Positions 28,063 to 38,859 of a stretch of 64,000 bases of DNA are shown here, piece by piece. Positions within the stretch are counted from its first letter, which is position 1. Every line of letters begins with the position of its first letter. The stretch is from a candidate division WOR-3 bacterium (lineage in GTDB: Bacteria; Hydrothermota; Tepidihabitantia; SM23-42; JAOAFX01), in contig CBFGJP010000001.1 of assembly GCA_965649105.1 (NCBI GenBank), positions 14,464 through 78,463 on the forward strand, in the 5' to 3' direction. Under the pieces are notes generated by a model that saw nothing but the letters and a program-made list of their open reading frames with translations, did not search any database and was not told the DNA's origin. A program made the position numbers and the translations under genes.

Positions 28063-28385
28063 ATTTGGGATGCCGATTACAATATAGGTTATGGTAAATA
28101 TATACCTGGACTCATTCAGAAATTTTATCGTTGAAGATATGTTGATAAATAATATTTTCGTTGTGGTAATTATATTTTAAAAGTCACTTATAATGTATCC
28201 TGATTCCCTTTTTCTTTTCCCATCGTCCCACCAAGGATTGGTGCGGTGATGAAATAACTGAAAGAAAGCAGAAAAGAATGATGATTGGTGTTTTGAGAGA
28301 ACTTTCCTATCAAAGATGTCTATTAATTCAAATATTTTCAATTTGATTCTTCAAGAAAATGGAGTTTAGTCATTAATATATCGTA

Positions 28386-28413
28386 TTGACTCTGCCTTTT
28401 TTTTGCGTATAAT
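28386..28413 (+). promoter_or_regulatory. promoter TTGACT-N16-TATAAT for glnA (leaderless geometry)
   Basis: TTGACT 28386..28391, TATAAT 28408..28413. ATG at 28423, 9 nt after the -10 box, no SD. Confidence 0.55.
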
Positions 28414-28422
28414 TTAAAAAAT

Positions 28423-29772
28423 ATGAAAAAACAATATAATATAAGACAATTAAAAAAACAGTTGATCAAAGAGGAAATAAAATTCATTGATTTAAAGTAT
28501 TGCACACTTATCGGCACACTGAATCATATCACCATTCCAATTGAAAGATTTGAAGAAATAATTTCCGAAGGGGTTGGGGTGGACGGTTCAAGCCTGCCCG
28601 GTTACAAAGGGGTCCAAAAAGGTGATATGCTCTTGTTCCCGGATTTAAACACCCTTTTTATAGATCCATTTTTTGAAGATAAGACAGTTTCTTTTTTGTG
28701 CAGTGTTTATTTACCTGATAAATGGGTTCCTTACGAACGAGATTCAAGAAATATTGCCAAAAAAGCAACAAATTATTTAAAAAAAGTCCTCAATGCCCAG
28801 GCATTTTTTCAACCTGAACTTGAATTCTATGTTTTTGAAAAATGTACCTATGGCGAAGGACCTGGGTACGGGTATTATCGAATTGCATTTGCTGATGAGA
28901 TAGAAAATAAGATAAACTATCCAATAAGGTATAAAGGTGGATATCATATTGGTCCGCCGGAAGACCGTTACGCCAATCTGCGCAATGAAATGGTAAAAAT
29001 ACTCAATCAATGTGGAATTAAGGCAAAATATCATCACCATGAGGTAGGGGCAAAAGGGCAGCTGGAAATAGAGCTGTTAATGGAACCAATGTTGCAAGCC
29101 GCCGATAATCTATTTCTTTCAAAATATCTACTGAAATCTCTGGCACAAAGTCGGAATATCTATCTCACATTTATGCCCAAACCATTCATTGGTGAACCTG
29201 GAAATGGCCTTCATTTACATCAATATCTTGGCGAAAAAAATAGCTCACTATTTTATGATTCAAAATCCACGAACAATCTTAGTGAACTGTGTCTAAAATA
29301 TATCGGGGGAATTCTCCAGCATTCAAGGGCACTCTGTGCTTTTACAAATCCCAGCACAAATTCTTACAAAAGATTGATCCCCGGATTTGAGGCTCCAACC
29401 TATACTGATTTTGCCCTTGGAAGCAGAACATCCGCAATCCGTGTTCCCGCATATGTCAGGAACAAAAAAGAACTGGATATAGAATATCGTATTCCTGATG
29501 CAACAAGCAATCCATATCTTGCAATGAGTGCAGTCCTCCTTGCTGGACTTGATGGAATAGAAAATAATCTTAAACCAGATAAAAAAGAAAAATTACCTAC
29601 CAATTCCTATGAAGCAATAAACGCACTTAAGGAAGACCATAAATTCTTGCTAAAAGGCGAGGTATTTAATACCGATCTTATTGAACGATGGATTGAAGTA
29701 AAAACTAAAGAATTTGAAGAAGTCCATTTAAGGCCACACCCTTATGAGTTTAATCTCTATTTAGGAATATGA
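28423..29772 (+). CDS. glnA: glutamine synthetase family protein (type I-like)
   Basis: 449 aa. GS beta-grasp N-domain (GVDGSSLPGY). Catalytic domain motifs (HHHEVGAKGQLEI, RIPDATSNPYLAMSAVLLAGLDG). Confidence 0.75.
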   Translation: MKKQYNIRQLKKQLIKEEIKFIDLKYCTLIGTLNHITIPIERFEEIISEGVGVDGSSLPGYKGVQKGDMLLFPDLNTLFIDPFFEDKTVSFLCSVYLPDKWVPYERDSRNIAKKATNYLKKVLNAQAFFQPELEFYVFEKCTYGEGPGYGYYRIAFADEIENKINYPIRYKGGYHIGPPEDRYANLRNEMVKILNQCGIKAKYHHHEVGAKGQLEIELLMEPMLQAADNLFLSKYLLKSLAQSRNIYLTFMPKPFIGEPGNGLHLHQYLGEKNSSLFYDSKSTNNLSELCLKYIGGILQHSRALCAFTNPSTNSYKRLIPGFEAPTYTDFALGSRTSAIRVPAYVRNKKELDIEYRIPDATSNPYLAMSAVLLAGLDGIENNLKPDKKEKLPTNSYEAINALKEDHKFLLKGEVFNTDLIERWIEVKTKEFEEVHLRPHPYEFNLYLGI

Positions 29773-30776
29773 AAAAAACAATCAAAATCGGAATTGTTGG
29801 TTGCGGGGCTCACGCTCAGATTGCCCACATTCCTGTTTTTAAAAAGAACAATGATTGCAATTTGATCGCATTGTGCGACACCGATACCCAAAAGGTTGAA
29901 CAACTTGCAAATAAGTACAGCATCCCAAAGAGATACGGCGACTTTCAAGAGATGATAGAAGATAAAGAGATAGATGCGTTAGTAATCTCTACACCCAATT
30001 ATCTTCACGCACCCATGACCATCGCTGCGCTGAAATTTGGCAAGGATGTCCTCTGTGAAAACCCAATGGCGATAAGCCTCAACGAGGCACAGGAAGTCGT
30101 GAAAGTTTCCCGGCAGACTAAAAAGCAGGTGGCGGTCGCACTTACGGGCCGATTCAGGCCCGATGTTCAAACATTAAAAAAATTCATCAAGGAAGGCGAG
30201 CTCGGAGATGTATACTATCTAAAAGCCGGATGGCTTTTAGGGATGAAAGAATGGGTCCTTTCTGACTGGCGGTTGGATCTCTTGAAAAGTGGTGGCGGTG
30301 CCTTTTTAACGCTTGGCACCCAGATTCTCGCCATTGCCACCCATTTTCTTGAAGATAAAGAAGTGGATACAATTTTCGGCTCTATGCACAAAAAAGAATC
30401 GGATACAAAAGTGGAAGACACCGCTTTATGTATAATCAACTACAAAGATGGCACCCTGCTTACAATTGAGGTGGGCTGGTCGCTATTGTTTGATAAAGAT
30501 TTTTTATATTGCAATATATTTGGCAGAAAAGGCGGAGCATTACTCAATCCATTAAAAATTCATAAAGAGTTGCATAATGAACTGGTAAATGTTACCCCAT
30601 CGATCCCGGTTAAAAATTTTTATAAGGTTGCCTGTGAGCTCCAGGCACAATTTTTTATTGATGCTATCAGAAAAAATACAAATCCGCCCTTTACTGCTGA
30701 AGATGGATTGTTCGTTGCGCGTGTCACCGATGCCTTTTATGAATCAGCAAATAAAAATAAAATGGTAAAGATTTAA
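29769..30776 (+). CDS. Gfo/Idh/MocA family NAD(P)-dependent oxidoreductase
   Basis: N-terminal Rossmann IGIVGCGAHAQIAHIP. 335 aa. ATGA overlap with glnA stop. Confidence 0.65.
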   Translation: MKKTIKIGIVGCGAHAQIAHIPVFKKNNDCNLIALCDTDTQKVEQLANKYSIPKRYGDFQEMIEDKEIDALVISTPNYLHAPMTIAALKFGKDVLCENPMAISLNEAQEVVKVSRQTKKQVAVALTGRFRPDVQTLKKFIKEGELGDVYYLKAGWLLGMKEWVLSDWRLDLLKSGGGAFLTLGTQILAIATHFLEDKEVDTIFGSMHKKESDTKVEDTALCIINYKDGTLLTIEVGWSLLFDKDFLYCNIFGRKGGALLNPLKIHKELHNELVNVTPSIPVKNFYKVACELQAQFFIDAIRKNTNPPFTAEDGLFVARVTDAFYESANKNKMVKI

Positions 30777-30785
30777 AAATGTCGA

Positions 30786-32255
30786 ATGAAAAAAATTTTT
30801 TTAATATTACTCTCATCAGTTCTGTTGTCGCTTTCCTTCCATCCGCTCGGGCTCTATTTTCTTGCCTGGGTTGGACTAATTCCCCTCCTTTTTGTAGCAT
30901 ATAATTCAAATCTTTCAAAAACTTTCCTTTACGGTTTGCTCTTTGGCTTTTTATTCTGCCTTTTTTCTCTCTTCTGGATTATATTTCTCCAGATCGGAGT
31001 TAGTATAAAATTGTTAATGGTGTTAGGAATGGTATTGATGTTTTTATATATCGGTTTATATATTGCTACAGGATTGTTATTTTCAAAAATAATTGGACTC
31101 TGGTCATTACCTTTTATCTGGGCAGGTCTTGAATATCTAAAAGGTCTCGGGGAACTCGGTTTTCCCTGGCTTTCGTTGGGTTATTCTCAGGCACGCTATC
31201 CTTTAATTATTCAGCAGGCTTCTATTTATGGAGTATATGGGGTATCTTTCTGGTTGGTTCTTCTAAATGTAGCATTTTTTTATTTTCTACTCAATAGAAA
31301 CAAAAAAAATATTTTTATAATTCTTTTGGTCTGGCTATTACCCATTTTGTTCGGATATATCAGATTGCATAATAAACCAAAAGTTACAAAAGAGATCACC
31401 GTAGGCATTGTCCAACCAAACATTGACCCAAATTTAAAATTTACCTGCCCAATGCGTGATGAAACATTTCGCCGGCTCTTAAGGCTTTCGGAAATGTGTC
31501 AGGAAAAAAATCCGGATAAAAAACTTTCTTTAATTGTCTGGCCCGAGACCGCGACTCCAATATTCATCAAAGCCCCGGGCGCTTATCAGGACTCGGTAAT
31601 GGCTTTGGCAAATCGGCTTGAAGTCTCAATCCTCACAGGAACACCTATCTACGATCGGAAAATAAATGAGATTTACAATGGAGCCGTCATCATTGAACCC
31701 AAAAAGGGTATAACCCAGGAATACAAAAAAATCCACCTTGTCCCGTTCGGTGAGCATATACCATTTGATAAATATATCCCGCTATTTAGAAAAATTGATT
31801 TTGGGGAGGGTGATTATTCACCCGGAAATGAATATACAATCTTTTCTACCAATGATGTAAAGTTATCCTGTCTTATCTGTTTTGAGTCAATATTCCCTGA
31901 AATCTCAAGAACATTTGTAAAAAATGGCGCTCAGTTACTTGCCAATATCACCAATGACGGCTGGTTTGGCAAAATTTCTGGACCCCAGCAGCATAATGAT
32001 ATGGCGATTTTAAGGACAGTTGAAACTGGTGTTTCGCTGGTGCGCAGCGCCAATACGGGTATATCAATGGTGGTAGACCAGTTTGGAAGGATACAAAAAG
32101 AAACACCCCTCTTTACCGAAGATATAATAACCTTTTCTTTACCCCATTTTAACATCCCAACAATCTATCTTATTATTGGCGATTCGTTCTGGTTAATCTG
32201 CCTTTTATTAGTACCATTCTTTGCTGCCTATAAAATTTTTATACGCAACCATTAG
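30786..32255 (+). CDS. lnt: apolipoprotein N-acyltransferase
   Basis: 489 aa. N-terminal polytopic membrane domain plus C-terminal CN-hydrolase domain (VWPETA, catalytic Cys in LSCLICFES). Confidence 0.75.
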   Translation: MKKIFLILLSSVLLSLSFHPLGLYFLAWVGLIPLLFVAYNSNLSKTFLYGLLFGFLFCLFSLFWIIFLQIGVSIKLLMVLGMVLMFLYIGLYIATGLLFSKIIGLWSLPFIWAGLEYLKGLGELGFPWLSLGYSQARYPLIIQQASIYGVYGVSFWLVLLNVAFFYFLLNRNKKNIFIILLVWLLPILFGYIRLHNKPKVTKEITVGIVQPNIDPNLKFTCPMRDETFRRLLRLSEMCQEKNPDKKLSLIVWPETATPIFIKAPGAYQDSVMALANRLEVSILTGTPIYDRKINEIYNGAVIIEPKKGITQEYKKIHLVPFGEHIPFDKYIPLFRKIDFGEGDYSPGNEYTIFSTNDVKLSCLICFESIFPEISRTFVKNGAQLLANITNDGWFGKISGPQQHNDMAILRTVETGVSLVRSANTGISMVVDQFGRIQKETPLFTEDIITFSLPHFNIPTIYLIIGDSFWLICLLLVPFFAAYKIFIRNH

Positions 32256-32271
32256 ATTTAATTTTTCAAAT

Positions 32272-32301
32272 AAAAAAGCCCCTTCATCAGAAGGGGCTTC
32301 T
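32272..32301. terminator. bidirectional rho-independent terminator between convergent lnt and the T9SS cargo gene
   Basis: A-tract, GCCCCTTC-ATCA-GAAGGGGC hairpin (32278..32297), then TTCT. Confidence 0.7.
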
Positions 32302-32323
32302 CACAATCAATTGCTATGATTAT

Positions 32324-35300
32324 TTATTTTACCATTAGCACTTTATTTGTCATGCGCCGCCCCTCGGTATTCATCCGAATAAAATAGACACCGTTGGGCA
32401 ATTTTCGGTCATTATCATCAAATCCGTTCCAGATTGTCGTATACAACCCTTGCTCAACCCTTGTCTTGACTATAGTCTTTACCTGCTGTCCTGCAATATT
32501 ATATATTACAATCTCAACATCAGAAGTCTGTGGTATTCCATAATTTATCACTAATTTTTCTGAAAAAGAATTAGGCTGGGTTTCAAAAAAATATTGACTT
32601 ATTAAATCCTTATTTGCCTCATTTATGCCCACATTGAAGTCCAGAATAAAGTCATCAATGTATCACCACATTTCATTATTCGCACTGTAATGGAAGGCGA
32701 ATCGAACATCATTTTCACCCTGTACATAGGATGTTACATCCACGGACTTGTAACTTGAATCATCGGCATTAGAATAGAAATGAATTTGCTGCCAGGTCAA
32801 ACCATCATCGGTGCTCACGAGGACTCTACCCGAATCTAAACGGGTAGTTGCTAAATCATTGTAGTAATGCCAGTAATTGAGCGTATAGGTACTACTGTTG
32901 GTGCAATCAAAGCGCGGCGAAATAAGCCAATCATCATGGGTCTCAACCGGTGAAAAATATACCCTTGCCACGATCCGTGCTGGACTTGTTGAAGTATAAC
33001 GATGCCAGTCATTATTATCAGTAACGGGCGGTGTTTGCGAACCACCGTCAATTATATACCAGCCGCAGAACGGTGGCTCAGTGGAATTGTTCCAGAGTTC
33101 ATCAAAGTTTTTTGAGTATGGTGGGGTATGTGAATAAGGACATACTGTAATTACCCTAACGATTGTATCATTTTGAGGATTCTGGTCTCCTGACATTTTT
33201 GTCCCGAACCAGATTGTATTATCGCCCGCGGTCGTCGGGACAAATTGTTGAGTAAAGGAATAATTAGCAATCTGACTAATCTCAAGATAACCGGTCCAGT
33301 TTTCAAAAGTCGTATCGGCACCACCGGTCGCATAAAAAACCTGGAGTGATGTAACCGGATTAAACCCAAAATTCTTAATCGTAACGCTTACATTTATTGG
33401 TTTACCGATCACGAATGGCTTTGGTCCCATTGTCGCAGTAATGATTCCGGCATCATTGTTGTATGCCGTTGGTGCCGTGGTGTACGCTCGGACAGAATCT
33501 ATAAACATATTGTTTCCGTAACCACTCCGAGCACGGAATGCGAGATACAGATTACGGTTGGCAGGGAAGTCACCCACTTCTACATCATGGACATACCAGC
33601 CAGCAGTAGGATTGTATCTATGGAATGCGGCGACCGGTGTATAAAGAGTGTCATTATAAGAGAATTCAACGATGATTGAGTCCGGATTGCCCTGATTACC
33701 GGCGTCATGATACATATAGAAACGGAGCATAAGTTTTTTGTTCTGCGGTCCGATATTAATCCGATGGGTACGGAGCCGAACACCCGAGCCACTGCTCGCA
33801 TTATAAGAAGGATAACCCGCCATTGCATAACCTTCAAGTGGGGTACAGACTGGATTCGTCCCATTTGTATATCTAGCCCAGTTATATGTTCCGGCAAGGA
33901 TTATCCGCCACCAAGTCTCGGGCGTATTGCCCGGTGGTGAAAATGTAGCATTAGTCGGTGGGAATGGTATGGCATTAAAATTTGATGCCACCATTGTGCT
34001 TTCATCATAGACTTCAACATGGAGTTTTGTGGTATCATTGACCGGGTTATCATCACCGTATAGATTTGTATAGACATAAAGAGTGTTTATACCAAGAAAA
34101 TTCATTATTAGATGAATCTTCAGCGAATCGCATCCCCCTGGCGGCAATGTTCCAGAATAATTTGCAACACCACTAATTGGATTATTTTTGAAACTGTATT
34201 GAACCGGGAAGCCACTCTGCGGATTTGAACCCGAATTATATATGGTCACGACTAAGGTATCGTTTGCCATTCTTATTGAAGTAGGATTCTTTAACCGAAA
34301 ATAATATGTTCCAATATCATTCATTAGATCAACCTGTTCAATTTCCACGAGTGAACCGCCACCCGAAAGTACAATTTCCTGATTAAAATTTCGGAATCGG
34401 TTGATATCTCCGATAACCACCCCATAATCACTCTGAGATGTGACCGATTTTTGCAAACCCCTGATCCAGGCCGTGCCATTGGGTGCATACCAGAAGATAT
34501 AAGGTATTGCCGAGGTACTGGTTCCACCGCTCAGAACAAGCTCTGCATCAGGATTATCAGTTAATATATCGCCGATAGCAATGCAATTATCTGAGGAACC
34601 CCAGGTCGTAGTCCAGAACCAGGCAACCCCATACCAGGTTGCGCCGGTCCAGTTCCAGATCGAAACCTGATAAGTAGGTGTGCCATTCCAGTATAACTGC
34701 CAGAGTCGCGATGCACCAACCACATAGACCTCATTTCCCGAAATACTAGTTATATGCGATACCCCTGGCTGCGACTGTACCACCCAAAAGGATTCTCGTT
34801 GTATCCCAGGCCGAACCGCTCCATAGAACTCTCATTATTCCGCACTTGGAGAAGTCTGGGCAATATTGATATAAAAATCCCTGGTTGCGGGATTATTGTC
34901 GCCGTCTCCGAAGACAATATCATTTATTGCGCTATTCACCGAAAATGAATCGCGGTCTGCCCAGTTTGATCCATCCCATTCAAACCAGATAAGTCGATAA
35001 GGTGTGGCAGAATGGCCCGTAACAATATCGGTATATTCATCTCCATCCACATCCCCACCGCCACTCCATATGTGGTACTACCACTCGTAAATGAATAAGG
35101 TGTTTCAATACGAAAACCATTTTTGACAAAGCCCGTGCCCATCATGTCTGTAGCCATGACAAGAAATCTTGTCCCACCTGATTGGACCGTTATTATTCTC
35201 AAAGTATCATCCGTGCTTCCTTTGAAATATTTGCCATAGGCAACCTTTCTCGTCAAATTAGAAGTACTCCCGGTCCAAACCCGGTTGGAATCATATACTG

Positions 35301-35439
35301 GCGCCGGCAATCTCACTGATGTGCCGGCATCGTTTGCCCTTAGAATCTCTATATTCTGAATCGTTATATTCTCTTTTGCATATAATAGAATGAAAGAAGA
35401 AAACAGACATCCTATTAATAGTTTTTTGACTATCTTCAT
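32324..35439 (-). pseudogene. large secreted FG-GAP / MAM-like (choice-of-anchor) T9SS cargo protein, interrupted
   Basis: Fragments: 34936..35439 (signal peptide MKIVKKLLIGCLFSSFILLYA), frameshift near 35075 into the frame of 34835..35050 (FG-GAP GDVDGDEYTDIVTG), consecutive stops TAA TGA at 34832..34837, main body 32663..34783 (FG-GAP repeats, two MAM-like domains), in-frame TGA at 32663..32665, then T9SS CTD 32324..32632 in the same frame. Confidence 0.6.
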
Positions 35440-35539
35440 ACATATAATACCTCCTCTCCTTTATATAAGTTTAACCATTTATAAATATCAATACTGCGAT
35501 AATTCTTGACTTTTTCATAAAATTGCTTAATATTATATT

Positions 35540-36493
35540 ATGAAATTGCCTAAGGGCAGACCGATACTTGAGAATACACGTCTTGAATTTATCAATCTTG
35601 ATAATGTATTGACGGCATCAAAGCGTGAAAGGGCACACCGTATTTCAGGATACATTTCTATTATTTATCCCGAAATGGAAGAGTTAATATTCTTAAAACA
35701 GGGCGAACCATTCAATGCTGCAAGATTGAGTTTAAAAGAAAGAAATATAATTTCAATATCCGAGGTCATTGAAAAGGCGAAAAAGGCAACTTCAGGGATT
35801 CTATCTGAATATGCAACAGATGAAATCCTGCTCAATATGATTATAACCTCAATCACAAACCAACCGATAAAAGCGGGGATTGATCTCAATAGACTTCAAC
35901 CCAAAATTCTTATAGATAAACTTAAGTCGACAAAATTTGATGGTTTTATATGGATAAAATCAGGCATTGAAGAATCTTTTATTGCCTTCAAACAGGGTGA
36001 ACTACTGGGACTTTATGCCGCGGGAACCAATGAAAAAATTCAGGATGAAAAAACCGTTTTCAGCTATTTGACTAAACCAAATGTAAAAATATCAATCTTC
36101 GACCACATTGAAGTTATTGTACCGGTTCAAGCAACTCCTGCACAGGTTGAAATGTTTTGCAAAATAATCTCAGCGATGCTGAGAAAATACGCAAGACCAC
36201 TTGGCAACACAATGGTGCTTAAAACGGTCATTATGGCCAAAGCAACTGCCCAGAAAGAATATCCCTTCATTAGCGAATTCCAGATTGATGCTGATTTCAA
36301 TATTTCGGCAAAACTTGTCATTGAACCAAGGTTGCTTTCGCGCGGAATTGCCCGCTGGTTGGATTTAATCTTCGAATCTTTTTCGACACTATTGGGCAAA
36401 GAAAGTGAAAATATCGCCAAAAAAGTCCTCAATGATTATCGTTTTGCCTTGATGTCTTTAAACTTTTTTGATTATACAAAATTAAAACTTTAA
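35540..36493 (+). CDS. hypothetical protein with two DUF4388-like repeats
   Basis: 317 aa. Two segments fitting the DUF4388 pattern (…FINLDNVL…[24 protein letters not shown] and …[39 protein letters not shown]). Confidence 0.35.
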   Translation: MKLPKGRPILENTRLEFINLDNVLTASKRERAHRISGYISIIYPEMEELIFLKQGEPFNAARLSLKERNIISISEVIEKAKKATSGILSEYATDEILLNMIITSITNQPIKAGIDLNRLQPKILIDKLKSTKFDGFIWIKSGIEESFIAFKQGELLGLYAAGTNEKIQDEKTVFSYLTKPNVKISIFDHIEVIVPVQATPAQVEMFCKIISAMLRKYARPLGNTMVLKTVIMAKATAQKEYPFISEFQIDADFNISAKLVIEPRLLSRGIARWLDLIFESFSTLLGKESENIAKKVLNDYRFALMSLNFFDYTKLKL

Positions 36494-37176
36494 TGCCCCT
36501 TTTTATAGTAGCGACTCCGATAGGGAATCTTGAAGATATAACTATCCGAGCAATAAAAACTCTAAATGAAGTAGATCTTATTGCTTGTGAAGATACAAGG
36601 CGGGCAAAGATAATTTTAAAAAAATATAATATTAAAAAGAGTCTGATTTCTTATTATGATCGAATCGAAAAAAAGAGAACACCAGAATTATTAAAATTAT
36701 TAAATGAAGGGAAAAAAATTGCGCTCATCTGCAATGCGGGAACACCTTTAATATCGGATCCCGGTTATGTTTTGGTTAAAGAAGCGGTTTCAAAAAACAT
36801 CCCGGTAATCTCCGTGCCCGGTCCCTCAATACCCATCGCGGCACTTGTGGTCTCTGGATTACCAATTAATCGTTTTATATTTGAAGGATTTCTACCGAAA
36901 AAGAAAAAACAGCGCGAAAAAATTTTTGAAGCATTAAAAACCGAAACAAGACCAGCGATAATATTAGAATCACCACATCGAGTCATTAAAACGTTGAACG
37001 AGATGAGCGCGATCCTTCCGAATAGAAAAATCGTCCTTGTTCGTGAATTGACTAAATATTATGAAGAAATTTTGAGGGGAACAATCGATGAGGTCTTAAA
37101 AAGTCTAAAGACTGATTGTGGAGAATTTACAATAATAGTTGCAGGTAAAGATGAAAAAGATAAAGGCACTGTATAA
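36493..37176 (+). CDS. rsmI: 16S rRNA (cytidine1402-2'-O)-methyltransferase
   Basis: [18 protein letters not shown]...CEDTRR N-terminus. Tetrapyrrole-methylase fold length (227 aa). Confidence 0.75.
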   Translation: MPLFIVATPIGNLEDITIRAIKTLNEVDLIACEDTRRAKIILKKYNIKKSLISYYDRIEKKRTPELLKLLNEGKKIALICNAGTPLISDPGYVLVKEAVSKNIPVISVPGPSIPIAALVVSGLPINRFIFEGFLPKKKKQREKIFEALKTETRPAIILESPHRVIKTLNEMSAILPNRKIVLVRELTKYYEEILRGTIDEVLKSLKTDCGEFTIIVAGKDEKDKGTV

Positions 37177-37735
37177 GAAAATCTTCCTTTTACCGATTGT
37201 AAATCTCTTTATAAAATTAAATATTGCGCCCAACATTATCACAATATTGAGTTTTATTATCGCAATATTTGCCTTTTTTGCTTATCAAAATGGCGTTTTC
37301 TGGCTCGGTGGCATTATTTTATTTTTCAGCAGTATCCTTGATACATTTGATGGCGAAATTGCTCGTCAGACAAATCGGGTCACAAAATTTGGCGGATTTT
37401 TGGATTCAACGCTTGACCGGGTGAATGAATTTTTAGTTTATCTTGGATTATTTTTTTACTATTATCATCGTTTGGATTTCGTTCTTTACTGGATTCTATT
37501 TGCCCTGTTCGGTTCACTAATGGTCAGTTATACAAGGGCGCGAGGTGAAGGTGTTGGAATATCACCCCAGGTTGGCTTATTTGAACGATTTGTAAGACTA
37601 TTATTTTTAATACTTGGCTCCTTTGGAGGACCTCAGATTATGATTTATGCTCTGATCGTTATTGCCGTAGGATCATTTATGACATCGCTCCAGCGTATTT
37701 TATATCTATTCAATAATTCAAAGTCTGCGGATTAG
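37139..37735 (+). CDS. CDP-alcohol phosphatidyltransferase family protein
   Basis: [28 protein letters not shown] matches D-G-x2-A-R-x8-G-x3-D-x3-D. Multiple TMs. Start may be an internal Met (about 37151). Confidence 0.65.
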   Translation: MQVKMKKIKALYKKIFLLPIVNLFIKLNIAPNIITILSFIIAIFAFFAYQNGVFWLGGIILFFSSILDTFDGEIARQTNRVTKFGGFLDSTLDRVNEFLVYLGLFFYYYHRLDFVLYWILFALFGSLMVSYTRARGEGVGISPQVGLFERFVRLLFLILGSFGGPQIMIYALIVIAVGSFMTSLQRILYLFNNSKSAD

Positions 37736-37740
37736 ATTAT

Positions 37741-38829
37741 ATGGAAAAGAAAGAACGGACTTTTCTCATTGGAGTCAGCGATGGTAATTTAAAACGCTAC
37801 GAATTAATCAAAGCGCTTGAAGAATTAGCCAATCTTACTCGCACTGCGGGTGGTGAGGTTGTTGAAAGTTTTATCCAGATCAGGGAAAAATTTAATCCGG
37901 CACTATTGATTGGAAAAGGGAAGGCGCAGGAATTGAGCAAACTCGCACAAGACTATAAAATTGACCTGCTGATATTCGATACTGAACTTTCGGGTATTCA
38001 GATAAGAAATATTGAATCTGAAACCGGAGTCAGGGTAATCGATCGCACAACTCTAATCCTTGATATATTTGCCAAACATGCTCGCACCAGGGAAGCAAAA
38101 TTACAGGTCGAAATGGCACAACTTGAATATCGTTTGCCCCGGCTTACGGGAAAAGGTTTAGAACTTTCAAGGCTTGGCGGGGGCATTGGAACAAGGGGTC
38201 CCGGAGAAAAAAAATTAGAAGTGGATCGTCGGAGAATAAAAGAAAGAATTGCAGTATTAAAAAAGGAACTTAAAAAAATTGAATTATCTAAACAGGTACA
38301 GAGAAAACAACGCCGGAATTTTTATAAAGTATGCACAGTTGGATACACGAATGCAGGTAAGTCATCATTAGTAAACGCCCTTACCAAAGGCAACCTACTT
38401 ACTGCAGATTATCTATTTTCCACCCTTGATTCAAAAACATCCATTCTATTTTTACCACCAGATCACAAGGTTCTGTTCAGCGATACCGTTGGTTTTTTAA
38501 GAAAATTGCCTCATAGTTTGATTGCCTCTTTTCACGCAACACTCGCGGAAGTGCTTGAGGCGGATTTATTGATTCATATCGTTGATGCAACAGAAGATGA
38601 TATTGAAGTAAAAATCAATACCGTGGAAGAAGTTTTAAAAGAAATTGGTGCTGAAAATAAACCAAAGATTTTGGTTTTCAATAAATTAGATCGGCTCTTC
38701 AACGAGGAACGCATTCGATTGAGTGAAAAATATCCCAAGGCACTGTTCGTTTCGGCAAAAGAAAAAATTGGTATTGAAGATTTAAAAAGATATTTAAATT
38801 CTTATTTTTTTGGTGAAAATTCCTGTTGA
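37741..38829 (+). CDS. hflX: GTPase HflX
   Basis: HflX N-domain with GIGTRGPGE. G-domain GYTNAGKSSL, DTVGF, NKLD. Confidence 0.8.
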   Translation: MEKKERTFLIGVSDGNLKRYELIKALEELANLTRTAGGEVVESFIQIREKFNPALLIGKGKAQELSKLAQDYKIDLLIFDTELSGIQIRNIESETGVRVIDRTTLILDIFAKHARTREAKLQVEMAQLEYRLPRLTGKGLELSRLGGGIGTRGPGEKKLEVDRRRIKERIAVLKKELKKIELSKQVQRKQRRNFYKVCTVGYTNAGKSSLVNALTKGNLLTADYLFSTLDSKTSILFLPPDHKVLFSDTVGFLRKLPHSLIASFHATLAEVLEADLLIHIVDATEDDIEVKINTVEEVLKEIGAENKPKILVFNKLDRLFNEERIRLSEKYPKALFVSAKEKIGIEDLKRYLNSYFFGENSC

Positions 38830-38859
38830 CATTTAAAGAATTTTATATAGAATCTTCTG

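Noticed and set aside
32663-32665. Possibility that the in-frame TGA is decoded (genetic code 4/25 or selenocysteine)
   Set aside because: TGA terminates several well-defined genes here (glnA, larB, ftsX with ATGA overlaps). There is no SECIS-like context. A simple TGG to TGA change explains it.
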